The translations under genes and the position numbers were made by a program. The notes beneath the pieces are model-generated. The model searched no databases and was not told the DNA's origin. It saw only the letters and a list, made by a program, of their open reading frames with translations. From IMG/VR virus record IMGVR_UViG_3300045988_039227, positions 32,001 through 96,000 of that record: DNA of 64,000 nt. The stretch is one strand, 5' to 3'. Positions 13,401 through 26,700 of the stretch are shown in pieces (the stretch's first letter is position 1; each line of letters begins with the position of its first letter). Origin of the DNA: a virus.

Positions 13401-16400
13401 ACTTTCTATACAAACACAGCATCTGCAGCTTTCTTTCTAGCAAAATATACCGGATCAACACCCCTTGGACCAGCGTCATTACCCTGGTCGAATGTCATAA
13501 AGATTGTTCTGCCTTTAGAATCTGTAAGCTTAAGCTATACTTCATTATTTCTCCACACAAGCTCAGCATTACCAGATTTTCCAGAAGCATCTGGGTAAAT
13601 CAAATGCGGATCAAGCGCTATAGAGAAGTAATGCGGGTCAAGTTTAGCCCTAAATGCAGGGAAATGTTTAGTAGTATCACTATACAGCTCTCTCCATTGA
13701 TCGTCAATCATATTGATACTCTACGCGCTGTTTGTATCAAGTATATCGTCAACATTTGGATCTACAGGGAATCTCTGGTTATATTCTCTAATGAAGTCTT
13801 CTGCATCATAAATAGTATCAGTAAGCGCATTATCAAGAGCTGTATTTGTTTTCTATACATTCTTTGTATTATCAGTCAAGAACTTAAGCTAATTATTTAT
13901 AACCGTACTCCAGAATCTTTGCAAACTCTTGTTGCCAACAAGGCTATTCATAAACTCGCCATCAAATGTAGCAAGGAATGACTTAATCTTGTTAAAATAA
14001 GTAAAGCTAGGATTACCAATATTAGATGAAAATTGAGTCTGCCACATTTGTAAGGCCTTATTTGCAGCGTCTCCGTACATCATCCTATTGTCTACTAGCT
14101 TATTAATAGCTGCTGCTATAAGCTTCTGCTCTGGAAGGGTATCGCCAACTTCAAACTAATCGCTACCGTAGAATTGGTCAAGAGCTGTCTAGGCATCATA
14201 TATTGAGTAAATAAGCTCATTAACTTGAGCTCGTTCGTCTGCTGTTGTAATATTAAGGTTTGTAATAGAACTTAACAGCGTATCAAGTTTCTTGCAGATT
14301 TCATGAATAGTATCAAGACCCGCCTAATATTGTTCATCTACAATAACGTGATCAAACGCATCTTCTGGGTAGAATCCAGGTACAGTATTCTCGTGCTATT
14401 TAGGCTACATGAGCTAATTTAAGCGCATCTGAGCGTCTTCTTTTAAGCTCTGGATAGATTCTATAGCTGAGTAAAGATCTCTCATCTGAAGTAATAATTC
14501 GTCCTTATTTGAGCCTTCTTTAAATATATCGTAAGATGGTACAGTTTTATGTTCGCCACCAGCTTCAGCAATACTATCGTATATACTTTGCAAATCAGAC
14601 ATAAGATCGTTTACTTTATTCTGCAAAGGTCTGACAACTTCGTTAGAAATATCTTCATTAGATTTATTGTAATATGGTGTTACAGGCTTGTTGAAATCAA
14701 GCATTTCTACTTTAAATACAGGTTCTGCTACAATTCCACTCGCTGTTCTATCATAGTAGAATGGCATTACGTATGTGCCTTCAATATTAGAACCAAATGT
14801 ATCGTAAAGTACCTAATTTAATCTTTGAAGCTATCTCTATTCCTACTGGATCATTGTTTCTTTAGCTCGACTATTGGACTTCTAATTACCAAGCATTCTG
14901 GTTTTTATGTCTGGTTTAAATGAAGATCTAACATCTATAACAAGAAGCTATCCATCATTATCAACAAGTACAATATCAGCCTATGATTGTATAGCTCTGC
15001 CTTTGTCATCATAGCCATAAATAGGAATGTCTGTATCAAGTACTCTATACTGACCGCCGTTGAGCATTCTGTCTCTAACAGACTTAACATACTGCTTAGC
15101 ATCTTCTAGTCCATTCGGATTATCTAACAGCGTGTCGGCAAAACTATCGTCATTTCCTAACATTATAGCCTATGCTAGTTCCCTAATAGTTTCTCCATCC
15201 CTTATAGACTGAGAATTAAAATAAGCTGTATCTATTGATGCTAAATAATGAGCAAATCCCTATAATAATTCCCCTTTATTTGGCTGAGAAAATATTGTGT
15301 CAATTATATCAGAATAATCTTGATCTCCGAATCTATCTGTATTATCTGCAAGATATCCAAGTATCTACTATTTGTCAGAGATGTTTATATTTTCCTCAAT
15401 TTCTGGATAATGAGACTGATATTCAAGTCTGTCTATCTCGTCTATATTTTCAAATACATGTAGATTATTATTATCGTCGTACGCTATTGTTGTATGGAAA
15501 CAATGTACAATAGCTCTGTTCTATTGACGCTTTAAAGCCTTTCTGTATCCATCGAATGATGTATCTTGAGAGGCATGTGTGGCAACTTGTGCTCCATAAG
15601 ATTGTACATCCATAGGAGTATTCATATTCTCCTTTTCTTTACGTGTTGATGTAAGGTAATGGCGAATATACATTGCTTTTGCTAAAGCTAATACTGAAGG
15701 TCCGCCGTCCTAACCAGTCTCTTCTTGAAGAATAGTTTTTATATCATTGTAGAGCTATTCAAACTTATAGAAACCAACCTTAGCGTTCTCCATAAGACCA
15801 TCGAATGACTACATTGCAAGTTCATCAAATCCAAGTAAAAATGATACTCTTGCTTTATTGCGCCTAGCTTTGCGCTTCTTTCTATAATGCTCTCTAGCCT
15901 TATCTCTACGACGTTTATATTCTTCTGCGTGTTTCTAAAGCTCCTCTGTAGTAGCTATATGCTTTTGCTAAGTTTCTGTTGGGTCTACAGCTTGCTTAGC
16001 TTGAGTATTAATGTCTTTTATATCTTCCTATGCAGCTTTAAGTATATCATTCTAGTAATCCTCTGTAAGCTTTGTTACAGCGTCTCCAGAATATATATCG
16101 GATAACATCCAGTCTATATTTTCATTCTGTTTGTTTGCATCGATAATCTTTGTGATACGCTCGTTAAGCTTACTCTTTGACCCGTCTTTAGCCGCAGCTC
16201 TAGTATGTTCTTCTGGCTTATATTTATCACCGAGCTTCTGCTTTAACTCAGCCTGCTTTCTCTGATACCTAAGCTCATCTGGATTATACTCAAGATTACC
16301 ATTATCATCACGTGTAACGCCTTCTGTGTGAATTGATAATGTAGAGTTAAGTAAGGATTCGTTAGCTGTATACATAGCTCTAGCTTGTTCGAGCTCCTGG

Positions 16401-19400
16401 ATCTCGTTATCATTAAATCCAACAGACTCGCTAAAATTGTTCAAGAATTGTAATGTCTATTCGTCTGTAGACTTCTCGTCGAAATTCTTATAAGCTTTAG
16501 CTAAACTTTGCTTTGCGCGAGCAATTTGTTTATCTATATTAGCAGACAACAACTTAGCGTCAGGTCTAACGGTCTTTAATCCAAGCTTATCGTGAGCAAA
16601 CTTAAATATGTCATCAATAGAATTCATCTTTGCTTTAAGTGTAAGCAATGCTTTCATTCTATTGTGAGCTTCAGAATTTCTCTGGAAGTTATTTATATGT
16701 CTATCGTGCTCTTCTTTCTATGAGCGCTCAACAAACTTTTCGCCATATTCGTTTGCTTCATCTTTGATAGATTCTTTGTATTCTACTACAGATTTTTCTA
16801 CTTCCTCTTGAGGCAAAGCTGCTGTATCAAGAGACTTCTTGTACTCATCCACCTTTCTGTTAACATAAGACTCGATTGCCTTAGTCTTTGCTGTAGCTGC
16901 ATTTATAGCAGTTAGCATAGGATCTCTTGACTATTCCTATCTATTTACAGCCTGTTCTACCTGATTTTGATAACCTTGCTGTCCGTAAATCTACTGAAGT
17001 CTAGCCTCGGCTTCCTACTAAGCTTTTCTGTTAGCAGTTAACTATTGCTCGATGTTAGCCCTATCAGCTATAGCTACATTGTATTGTTCTGTACCTTTAC
17101 TGATACCTTTAAGACGATATTGCTGTTCAGTCTACTTATTGTTTACGAGAGCAGAAATACGCTCCACATTAGACTGTAAATCATTCCAATACTGTTCACC
17201 AAAACGTGGTCTCTCTCGCTTCAAATCAGCCTCTCTGAGCTACTATATTTCTGTAGTCAGCTAATTATACCTTCCCTTAGAGATCTGGTCTGAAATAACA
17301 GCATTACTAGCTCTATTCATCTTTCCTTGTTCTCTATCAAGAAGCGCACTGTGCATTATAGCGTCTTTTACTTGTACGGTGTTCTTAATGTCATTAACGG
17401 CATGATAGATGTTCATGGCTACCATAGGATGCATACCACCCATAGCAAAACCACCTCGCCAGTTTGACAACATCTCCATATCGTTATAAAGTTCAGATTC
17501 GCCAAGACCAAACATACCTTTATAGAAGTCTGATACCTCTTTGCTATGAGCCATATCCTGGAATGCAAGACTGAGCAAATCAGCTGATCCGTATCCATAT
17601 GTCTTAGCAAACTCTTCAGCAGCATTAGCATTCAACTGCTGTACAATTTCTTCATTTCCTTCAGACGCTCTATCTATAATACCTTTTCTAACCGTATTGA
17701 TACCGTATTTGTTAAGCATTTTGAGAGCAGTAACTGTATTAGGATTCTTTACGGCTGCTTTCAGTAGTTTTCTCTTCAGCGTTTTAGCTCCAACCATAGT
17801 TGCTAATGCTTCAGCCTTCTTCGCTATAGCCTCACTAGCCATAACTCCTGCGTCTTTTAGAGCTTGCGGCATGACTTCTTTTGCAAGCCCCTTTACTCCC
17901 CTAGCAACTTCTCCTGCGGCAGCACCAACTCCAGCGCCAACATAATGTCCAAGAACACCACCACCAAGTACATCCATTGTTGTTGAGCCAATCTTTGCAC
18001 CAGTTTTGCCAGCTGCACTTGTAAGAGAGTTAACATACTGTCCAGCCTGTGCAAATTTACTTTCAACAGCTCCGTTTAATCCCGCGAGAGCATAGTCTGT
18101 ACCAATAACCAATCTTCCAGCTTTACTAGTGGCAAGCTTTGCCCCAAGTTTTGTTGTAGGAAGTTTATAGATGGCTTGTCTATAAAGACTTGATAGACTA
18201 TTGCCTGGCTATACATATGATATAACGTTTTGAACAACTTCTGTACCCATCGTTCTAGCGTTATCTACCATAAATTGCTATTCAAGACCTTTTGTTGTAC
18301 CGAGTTTAGCTTTAGATAAACGTGGATCATTACTCTTTGTAACGCCCATTAGGTAATCACTAAGAACTTTTTCCTTACCTTGCTGTGTATTAAGATTATA
18401 TCTATCCTCGGCATCTTTCTTAGACATACCATTCTACATTGCAAATTTTACAGACTGCTTTTGCAAATCTTTATACGATGCAGAAATACCTTGTGCTTTA
18501 CCGGAAGCTTCCTACGCTTCGTATTTATTAAGATTCTATTGATAGTTCTAGGTCCAACGTTGAGCAATTTCAGCGTAGTTCTCATCTTCTGCACCTTGCA
18601 GATTAAATGGAAGTGCAGCTGCATTAGCAGCGTTGTACAAAGCAAAACCAGCTTCTGGATGTCCGGCTGCTCCCAAAGCAAAAGAACCGACAGTACCAGC
18701 AGTTGTTATAAGATTACCAATATTACCTGTGTCTGAAGACCAAGAAGAACCCATCTGTTGAGGCAAATTCCACAACCAATAATCAGGTGTTAATAGATCA
18801 TCATTAGCATGTATATTTGCAAGATTCTCAGCATGTTTACTAACGTTCCAGAACTTCTTCCACTTAGACGCTCTACGCATCTAATCGTCAAGAGTTTCTT
18901 TGTAATCCTTAAGATCTTGCTAACGCTTAGCTTTAAATTGATTTGCTTCTATTTCTTTTTGATCCAAACTCATTCCTTGATGAGCCTTTTCAAATCTATT
19001 GGATAGCTACTTATTATAGTTATCAAGCCAATCCCTAGCCATCTACTCTTTGGATCTACCTGTGCCGTCAAACATATCATTTGTGACAGCAAATGCCTTA
19101 GTCATAGCAGCCTGAAATCCTTCCCACATAGATGTATGATCTTTCATCCATGTAGCCTTGTATGCATCGGCGAGTTCATTTAAATCTTTGTCTTGCAGCT
19201 AATCGTATGTTGACAAGATTTCTTTACCAAGTAAATACGTATCTTTCCACGCATCTCCTTTAACCTAAGCTTTAGGATTAGCTTTAAGGTAATTCCATTG
19301 GTCTTCCTTTGATTTAAGATCTCTTTTAAGTCGCTCCCTTTTGGACCATGCATCAGCTTTTGCCTAGTCTGTCTAAGCTAAAGCGATTTTACCCTTTGTG

Positions 19401-19948
19401 CTTTCAATTCCAAGATCGCTAGACTGATTTGAAAACAAACCAATTCTCTAGCCAATCTTCCATAACGTGAATTGAAAACTATCTTTTCCAAGTTCGTTTA
19501 TACCGCCAATATCAGAGCCAACAGAATTTTTGTAGATATCAGTCTTTTTAAAGTCTTCAAACAGCTTATCTTCCTCAAGCTATGTTTGCTTCTCTTTCTC
19601 TGCGTCAGAAAGTATACCTTCCGAGTCATCTTGGGCATCAATCTTTTGTCTGTTTGATCTTTCTTGTTGCTTGTATAAGCTGTCAATATGTTTATTCCAG
19701 TCATATTCAGCTATAGCATTTTTCTATCTCTGAATAGATTTTTGACTAGGCTTATACCAATCCCCGTGCGGCATTATATCAGACTCTAATCTAGAACCAG
19801 ATTGTCTTGATATGTAACTTGGTACATTAGCCTAAGTCCTTTTATTAGGAACGGATTGGCGTTGATTTGGTAGCGTTATACCAAATCTTTTAGCCTATCC
19901 TCTAAAATAGTCCTCTGCTGGGGACTTAAGTAAATTGTAATTTGCCAT
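4463..19948 (-). CDS. Giant 5,161-codon virion protein. It contains a crAss-type virion RNA polymerase motif (DFDID), an HExxH motif and Gly/Ala-rich hydrophobic segments.
   Basis: ATG at 19948-19946, with an in-frame TAA two codons upstream; TAA stop at 4465-4463. Nineteen ORF-track fragments from 18548..18880 down to 5240..5554 share one frame and each ends in TAG. I read all gaps between them codon by codon and found no TAA/TGA. There are ~124 in-frame TAG. Confidence 0.8.
7502..7516 (-). other. DFDID (DxDxD) putative catalytic metal-binding loop of the virion RNA polymerase
   Basis: In-frame GAT TTT GAT ATA GAC, context TGSDFDIDHLYLARY. As I recall it, this matches the aspartate loop reported for crAss-like phage vRNAP (phi14:2 gp66). 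Not verified by search. Confidence 0.6.
12098..12112 (-). other. HEGFH (HExxH) motif inside the giant gene
   Basis: In-frame CAT GAA GGA TTC CAT, context YTIGFHEGFHRALELLVEP. Confidence 0.45.
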
Positions 19949-19955
19949 AATTTAA

Positions 19956-21410
19956 TTAATTTGCTTTGTTAGGTGCTTTTCCTATATATCCAGGTTTGAC
20001 TTCAACCCAGATTGTTTGTCCAACTGCTCCAGCTGATTGATTATTATTTACAGATACAACGTTAGCCTTGATATAATACCTACCAAGTTTCTTGTTATAT
20101 GTAGGACCAGATGTTACTGTTGCAGTAATCTTCCTTCCAGGTGTTCTATAGAGTCCAAAGTTAACTCTCTTTGATCTACCTTCATTTAACTATCTAAACG
20201 CTCCAGACTTGGCTATATATTGTCCGTCATTAACGGTAATAATCTATTGTTTAGTAGATTGTGTCTATTTATTATCGCTATCACCCTGCGATCGAGACTA
20301 TGTATATTCATTCCATTGAGCATCTGGGTCTGCAAGTGTTACACCGTTAGCTCTAAGGTCATCTATTGATGTTGATACTGGAGTATAAGGCTACTCTCTA
20401 GCTGTATCAAATATAGTCTTATAATTACTTCCGGAGGAACTGTGATCCGGAATACCATTTGCAGCTCTTTTTACATCATCTGCGTATTTGTAATCCAAAA
20501 TAGCCTTTTGATTAGCGAGGTCTCTAGCAGATTTCTTTGCATCAAGCTAATCAGCAAGTATATTCTAATAGTTGAGTAAAGAATATTTATTAGGATCCCA
20601 TGCTATATTCTTCTTTCCTTCCCAAAGTTGCGCAACAGTACTCTACAATTGCTGTTTAACCTAATCGTCTGTAGGATTAGTTACACCAGCCTACTGTAAC
20701 TGCTATTTGGCTTTATCGTAATAATATTCGCCTGCTGCTGTAGACATAACAGACGGGATTGCCTTGCCGGCTGTATCCATGATCATCTAATCTGTAATAC
20801 CAGTGTAATCATTCTTTGGATCATACTTATATCCCATAGCCTCAACTTGTTTCTATGTAAGATTACTAGGTTTGAGTATACTATAAGGAATCTTTGTAAG
20901 ATCTTCTAGTGTGTCCATCTTCGTTGGAGCTAATGTATTCCAACTTTGTGTATATGGGTCAAACTTATCATAATCTAACCCATACTTCTACATTTGCCAA
21001 CCAAGCTAATCCTATGTAAGTTTTCCTTCAGCAACCATAGAAGCAGCTGCTTTCTAAAATGTCTTCATATTGTCAGCGTCAGCTTTCCATTTAGAGATCT
21101 TATCATAAGGTGTCTCTCTAATGATCTTGGCTATATAAGCTCTACCTTCTGCAGATCTAAGTGGGTCTATACCGTTCTAATACAAGTAATTAAGACCAGC
21201 GTTAACCCTGCCCTTTGTCTAATCATAGTAAGCTTTATTTAAACTAGCGCTTGGGCTATATAGGTCTCCGAATTCCTTAGCAAACTCCTTCTATTCTTGT
21301 ACAGCCTAATTATATTGTTCTCTTGCAGCACTAATGTACTACGACATCATACTGCTATCCAGTAGGTCTATAATAGGGACCGCTACTGGTTCATCATACA
21401 TTCCTATCAT
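19956..21410 (-). CDS. Hypothetical virion/ejected protein, 484 aa
   Basis: ATG at 21410-21408 overlaps the TAA of the upstream gene (TAATG); TAA stop at 19958-19956. All codons read: ~22 in-frame TAG (about 4.5%) and no TAA/TGA. The standard-code track shows no ORF of 60 aa or more here. Confidence 0.7.
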
Positions 21411-23011
21411 TATCTCAATCTTAAGCTAGTTATATTGTATGGGTTGTAATCAAATATACCTCCAGCCCATGTTGGTAAGAATAATCCATTAGGACCAAAT
21501 CCGCCAGTATAATCGCTAGAGAAATTAATTCTCTCATACGGCGTACCAAATGCGCCTCTCTAGTATTGCTCTTTAGATTTAGCCCAATTTCTTGTATACT
21601 TTGCAGAATCGGCAACTTTATCTGGATCTATGTACCAATACTTTCCATATGGTGCCTTTAAATTATTTAAAGAATAATCATCATATTTTAAATCAAGCAC
21701 ACCTCTATTTATTCCTGTGTCCTAATTTGGTACATTAGGTGATCCAGAAAACAACTAATACTTACCAGGAGTCCAACCTGGAGCTATGTTTTTATAATTA
21801 ATAGAGGTTGATCCAGGTGTATTGTCTGCTTTGTTTGTAGATCCGCCCTTTATACCATCTGCACCTATACCGTATATTGCTTTTAAAGCAGCATTCTTAT
21901 TATCTATATCCTATTGATACATATCAAGAATATCGCCATACTGCTTGTTTTTAATACGCTGAGACAGCCATTTCTGACCAATAAGACCAAGGTTAGACAA
22001 GTGTGTTTCAATACCCTTAGTCTTAGCGCCGTGTGCTCTATTATAAGCCTCCCATCCATATTGGTTAGACTGCTGTAATCTCTATGCGTCACTATCACCA
22101 AGTCTAGCAGCCATTTCGGCATAAGCGTTTCTATATGCAGCGTTCTTCTCCTGCACATTCATTAGCGCATCTGCAACGTTTCTCTAATTACCCAAAGCTA
22201 AGGCTACTCTATTAGCCTATCTTTGACCACCTGTATAACCACCAGAATTAGCGAGCTAATAAGCAGCCTATCTATCTTGAGCGTACAGCTTTTCAAGAAT
22301 AGGATTAGCTGATACTCTATTACCAGCCATAGTCTGTAAAGCTATTGGCGCGTATTTATTAGCTGCATATATATTTGGCATTACAGGATTTTCTCTACGC
22401 CAATGATTAAGCATCTGTGTTTCAAGCAGCGCTGGGAATGCATATCCTGCATCAAGCATAAGATTTGACACCTTTCCTTTACCTGATTTAGACCAACTCG
22501 AAATAGCCTATTTTGTTTTATCCCATAAGCTTTTGCCATTATCAAATCTATCTTTGCCACAATTATGCTTAATCTGAGCTGCATAATCCTCGATCTAATG
22601 CTACTTCTCTTGTCTATCTGTAATATTCTTCATAGCCTACAAAATAGGGGCTTTAGCGCGATCCAGCTGATTCTTCTAAAGTTCCATCGTCTATTTTGAT
22701 AAAGAGCTAAGTTCGGATTTCTTTCCAGCTCTTTTCTCAATGTTGTTATACATCTAAAGCTTTGCTGTTAATGGGGCTATTTGATCAGAAAATTTCATAC
22801 CGTTGCTCCAGTCTACATCATTACCAGCTATAACATTATTATCGTTTACACTAACAGAGCTAGGCTAATTATCAACTCCAACCTTTCCTTTGGTTACAAG
22901 AGTTCCTGTGCCATTAGTATAATCTATAATGGACTCCCCTTTGCCAACTAAACTATTTACAGGACCACTCTAATATCCATTAGGTGTCCATACTTTATTT
23001 CCTTTTAACAT
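21410..23011 (-). CDS. Hypothetical virion/ejected protein, 533 aa
   Basis: ATG at 23011-23009, with an in-frame TAA four codons upstream; TAA stop at 21412-21410. Contains track fragment 22268..22471. ~18 in-frame TAG, no TAA/TGA. Confidence 0.7.
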
Positions 23012-23705
23012 ATCTTGGTTTTATTAAATCTTTTCCTCGGTTGGCGTATAATACATCATCATACGTGTTACCATTATCTAAATAATATTGCTATGTAAGA
23101 CCTTCTGTTGCAGCTGATGATTGATTAACCTAGTTAACAAGATTAACTTTCTATTGCGCATTAAATATTTTTCTACGCTGTCTTTCTCTAGCTTTCTTAC
23201 TTCCAAACAGACCTCCGAATAATCCTGTGATGGCTCCAACCGCTCCACCTATAACAGTTCCAAGTCCAGGGAAACAGGAACCTATAGCAGCTCCTGCAGC
23301 AGCTCCAGATCCAACCATGCCTAACGTTGCGTTTCTGTTTGACTTGGATATATCTTCCATTGCTTTCTGTCTGTTAATATCATTCTACGCTTGGTAGTTT
23401 ACACCAAATGCCTAGTCTGTTCTTTGTCCAGAGTAAGCCATAAGTTCATTTGATCCCTTTACTGCGTCCTACATGGAATTATATCCCTGTATCATTCCTA
23501 TTGTGCCATTAACAGCTCCTGTTACTGCACCAGCGCTTATTCCGCCTCCTCCGAAATTTGTACTGCTAGGAATTTTCATTCCATTTATTTCTTTAATTGT
23601 TGGTAAAGATGTCAGCTATTGCTTATACGTATTAATTCCAGATATATCACCACCAATACTCTTTACACTACTTGATAAGTCTATACCATTATTGTATTTT
23701 GGCAT
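22995..23705 (-). CDS. Small membrane-type virion protein with a glycine-zipper hydrophobic segment, 236 aa
   Basis: ATG at 23705-23703, TAA stop at 22997-22995, overlapping the next gene's start by 17 nt. 7 in-frame TAG. The segment LGMVGSGAAAGAAIGSCFPGLGTVIGGAVGAITGLFGGLFG lies at about 23198..23324. Confidence 0.65.
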
Positions 23706-23728
23706 ATTATTTATCTTCTTTCTCTATT

Positions 23729-26700
23729 TTAGCTCCATGACTATCTATATTTTGTTATTATATATTGTATTGCCATAGCTGGATTTGGTTTTATATCTTC
23801 TATACTGCAAATCATAACCTTGCCTCTAGCTCTATTGCCAAATAATCCATCAGCCCTAGGTATGGCAAATCTATGATTATTTTCTCTAAGTGTTATCTGC
23901 GCTTCTAGGTTGGATTCTATCTTCTAAGATTCTGTCTACCATACGTATTTATGATTCTTTGAAAAATAATCATCCTAATCAGATATCATTGCCTATAACT
24001 ATAGGTTTTCATATGTAACAATTTCTTGATTATCAAACACCTTTGTAACAAGCGGCTATTGAGCAACAACGTATTTAACGTAGCTTGAAAGCAGCTGCTG
24101 AGTTGTTGATTTAGGTGATCCATCAAGGTAGTCATACTAATATATGCATACGGTATCGTTTTTCTTTACAAGATATTCTCCGTTAAAGAACTGTATAGCT
24201 CCATCAAATGGTATTGTTAATGTTGATGTAAACTTGCCAAGCATTTCGTTGTACACAATCTACATATCATTACTTAAGACATTAAATACAACTTCATTAT
24301 ATCTATTATTGTAGAACACCTTAAAGTTGTAGTCCTTTTTATACTTGTTCAGTATATTCTATACTTTACCTTGCTTTGAAAGCTATGTTACACTCTATCC
24401 ATCAAACAAACAAATTACATTATTATGACTATCAAACCAATACAAACCACCGGTAGTGCATGCTGCACAGAATTGCTGTTTATGCATTCCATAGGTATTG
24501 CTGTAGTAGTCGTATCTATCAAGTACTCCTCCTGTTCCGAGCACTATGTTTTGCCCAGAGTTGTCTGTAGCAACACTACGGTCATTAACACTTAATATGC
24601 CAAACGATTGTTCTTGACAAAATGTAAGAACATTCTTAAATGTGCATATATCAGTTATAGGACCATACTCCTGATCAACATCTATAAAGTTAGAGCTTCT
24701 AAATTTACACCAACTATCTATGATTTCATCATTTTGTTTCAAATCAGAATAATATACTCTTGTATCTATAGTTTTATTATAATCTTGTGGATTAAGATCA
24801 TCGTATACAGCAAGTGGAATACTTGTATTCTATACACTATAGACAGAATTATAAACATACTCTGGCTCCTTTTGTACGTAAGCCTCGGTTATCTCGCATG
24901 GTTCAGCCTATATAAAAGATGCATAGTTATCTCTTGCATTAGAACTGAATGTCCATCCATATTGGAACTTGCACCATATATTTGATTCTGTTGGTATAGA
25001 GTATGTTATCATATGTGTGTTAGGGAACTATAACTCATCTTTTCCGCCCTTTGTATAAGCTCCGTACACTTTGTGCATGGATGTATATTCGAATGTCTCT
25101 ACATGACAATCTCCGTCGAATACGGTATTCCAATCGTTTTTAGACTCGAAGTAGTTACCGTCTCCGTAATATATATTTGTAAGTCTATTTGTAAACGAAT
25201 ACCCGCCATAAGGAGTTATTTGCTATCTAAGATTAGTTAAATAAGTTCCAAGTAGAGTCGGCCTAATTATCTTGAGTATTTCACCAATTTCACCAGGTTC
25301 TGTCTAATATGCTTCCTGTTTAAAACTATCGTAATAATTGCCATTCTCTGGATAATAATAAGAAGTTGCACCAGCTGTACCATTTTCTTTGTACTAGCAG
25401 CTCAACAGTAAACATTTTCCGCCAGTTCCAAAACATGCGTTTTTATTACCATGCTTACCAGTTCCATCGCCTTTAAATCCACCATTATAATTACCAAATG
25501 ATTCAAATATATTGCCATTAGTGTCATTACAAATGCCACCGGTAACCATATTTGCAAACAGCGCTCCTCCAGCAGAAACTGCATAGTTAGGATAAGATTT
25601 TGATGATGCCTATTCGTCATTATCTTTATTAAAGTTTCTTTTGAATGCCTAATCCCATTTTATCTGGTCAACTAACTAAAAGTCTTGTATATACTATGTT
25701 CTCTAAAACGCATTATTCCACCAATCACCTGGATCAAAAACACCAGTACTAAATTCGTATGGCTAAGTGCTCTATTCATACAATTTTATATACGCAAAAG
25801 CTTTCTGTATTATAAATTTACCAGCTTTTTCCTACCTTTTGTCTGCCGACTCATTATCCTTATTGTATAGTCTATCAAAATTTAAAATACAATCTTTAAC
25901 CAAAGAGTATGAATAAGGTCTCACATTTCCCAATCCGCCAATTGTTCCGGAATCTAAAATATTATCTATAATTTCGTTGCCAGTATTACCACCTCGTGCT
26001 TTATGTGATTGTGGATTCACTTTATAGAAGTAGCTAGGATTATATGGTGTATCTAAATAGCATATTGTACTGTCTTTGCTAAAATGGCTATCTACAGTTA
26101 AATCATTAACATAAAATATTCCTCTTGAATCATCACTATCTTTTGGACCAGGAAATAGCTCTACGGCACAGTTTGATATACATGGTATTATAAATTTGAA
26201 GCTTGTCCTACCATTAAAGCCTCTTAAGCTTCCATAATCTGTATTTGTTTCACCATCCCTATGTGAATCATATTGGTTGTCTTTAAACTTATAATCTCCT
26301 CTAGCTCCAAACAAAAAAGACTGTTTTTGCAAATAATATTTTTTGTCTTTTGTAAATTGTTTAAATGATTCTGGCTGATAACAAATTTCTTTTGAGACAA
26401 ATTGCAATAATTTATCATTATCTATATTTGTCATACACTGTGATGAAAGATCGTCTCCGTCTCCAATAAGCTATTTGAGTGAATTATATCCTTCTATAAA
26501 CTTGTTGGTTGTTAAAAATCCGGTTGGGCAAAACATATGATATTTCGTTACCTGATACTCGCCATTTGCTTCATATTGCTTACTATACGTGTTAGACACA
26601 GGAGAGCTAAGTACACCTTGTGATATTGTAGCAATATCAGATTCGTGTCTAGCGCATCTAACTATCTGATAGCCAGTACATCCTTCTGGCAAACTTTTTA

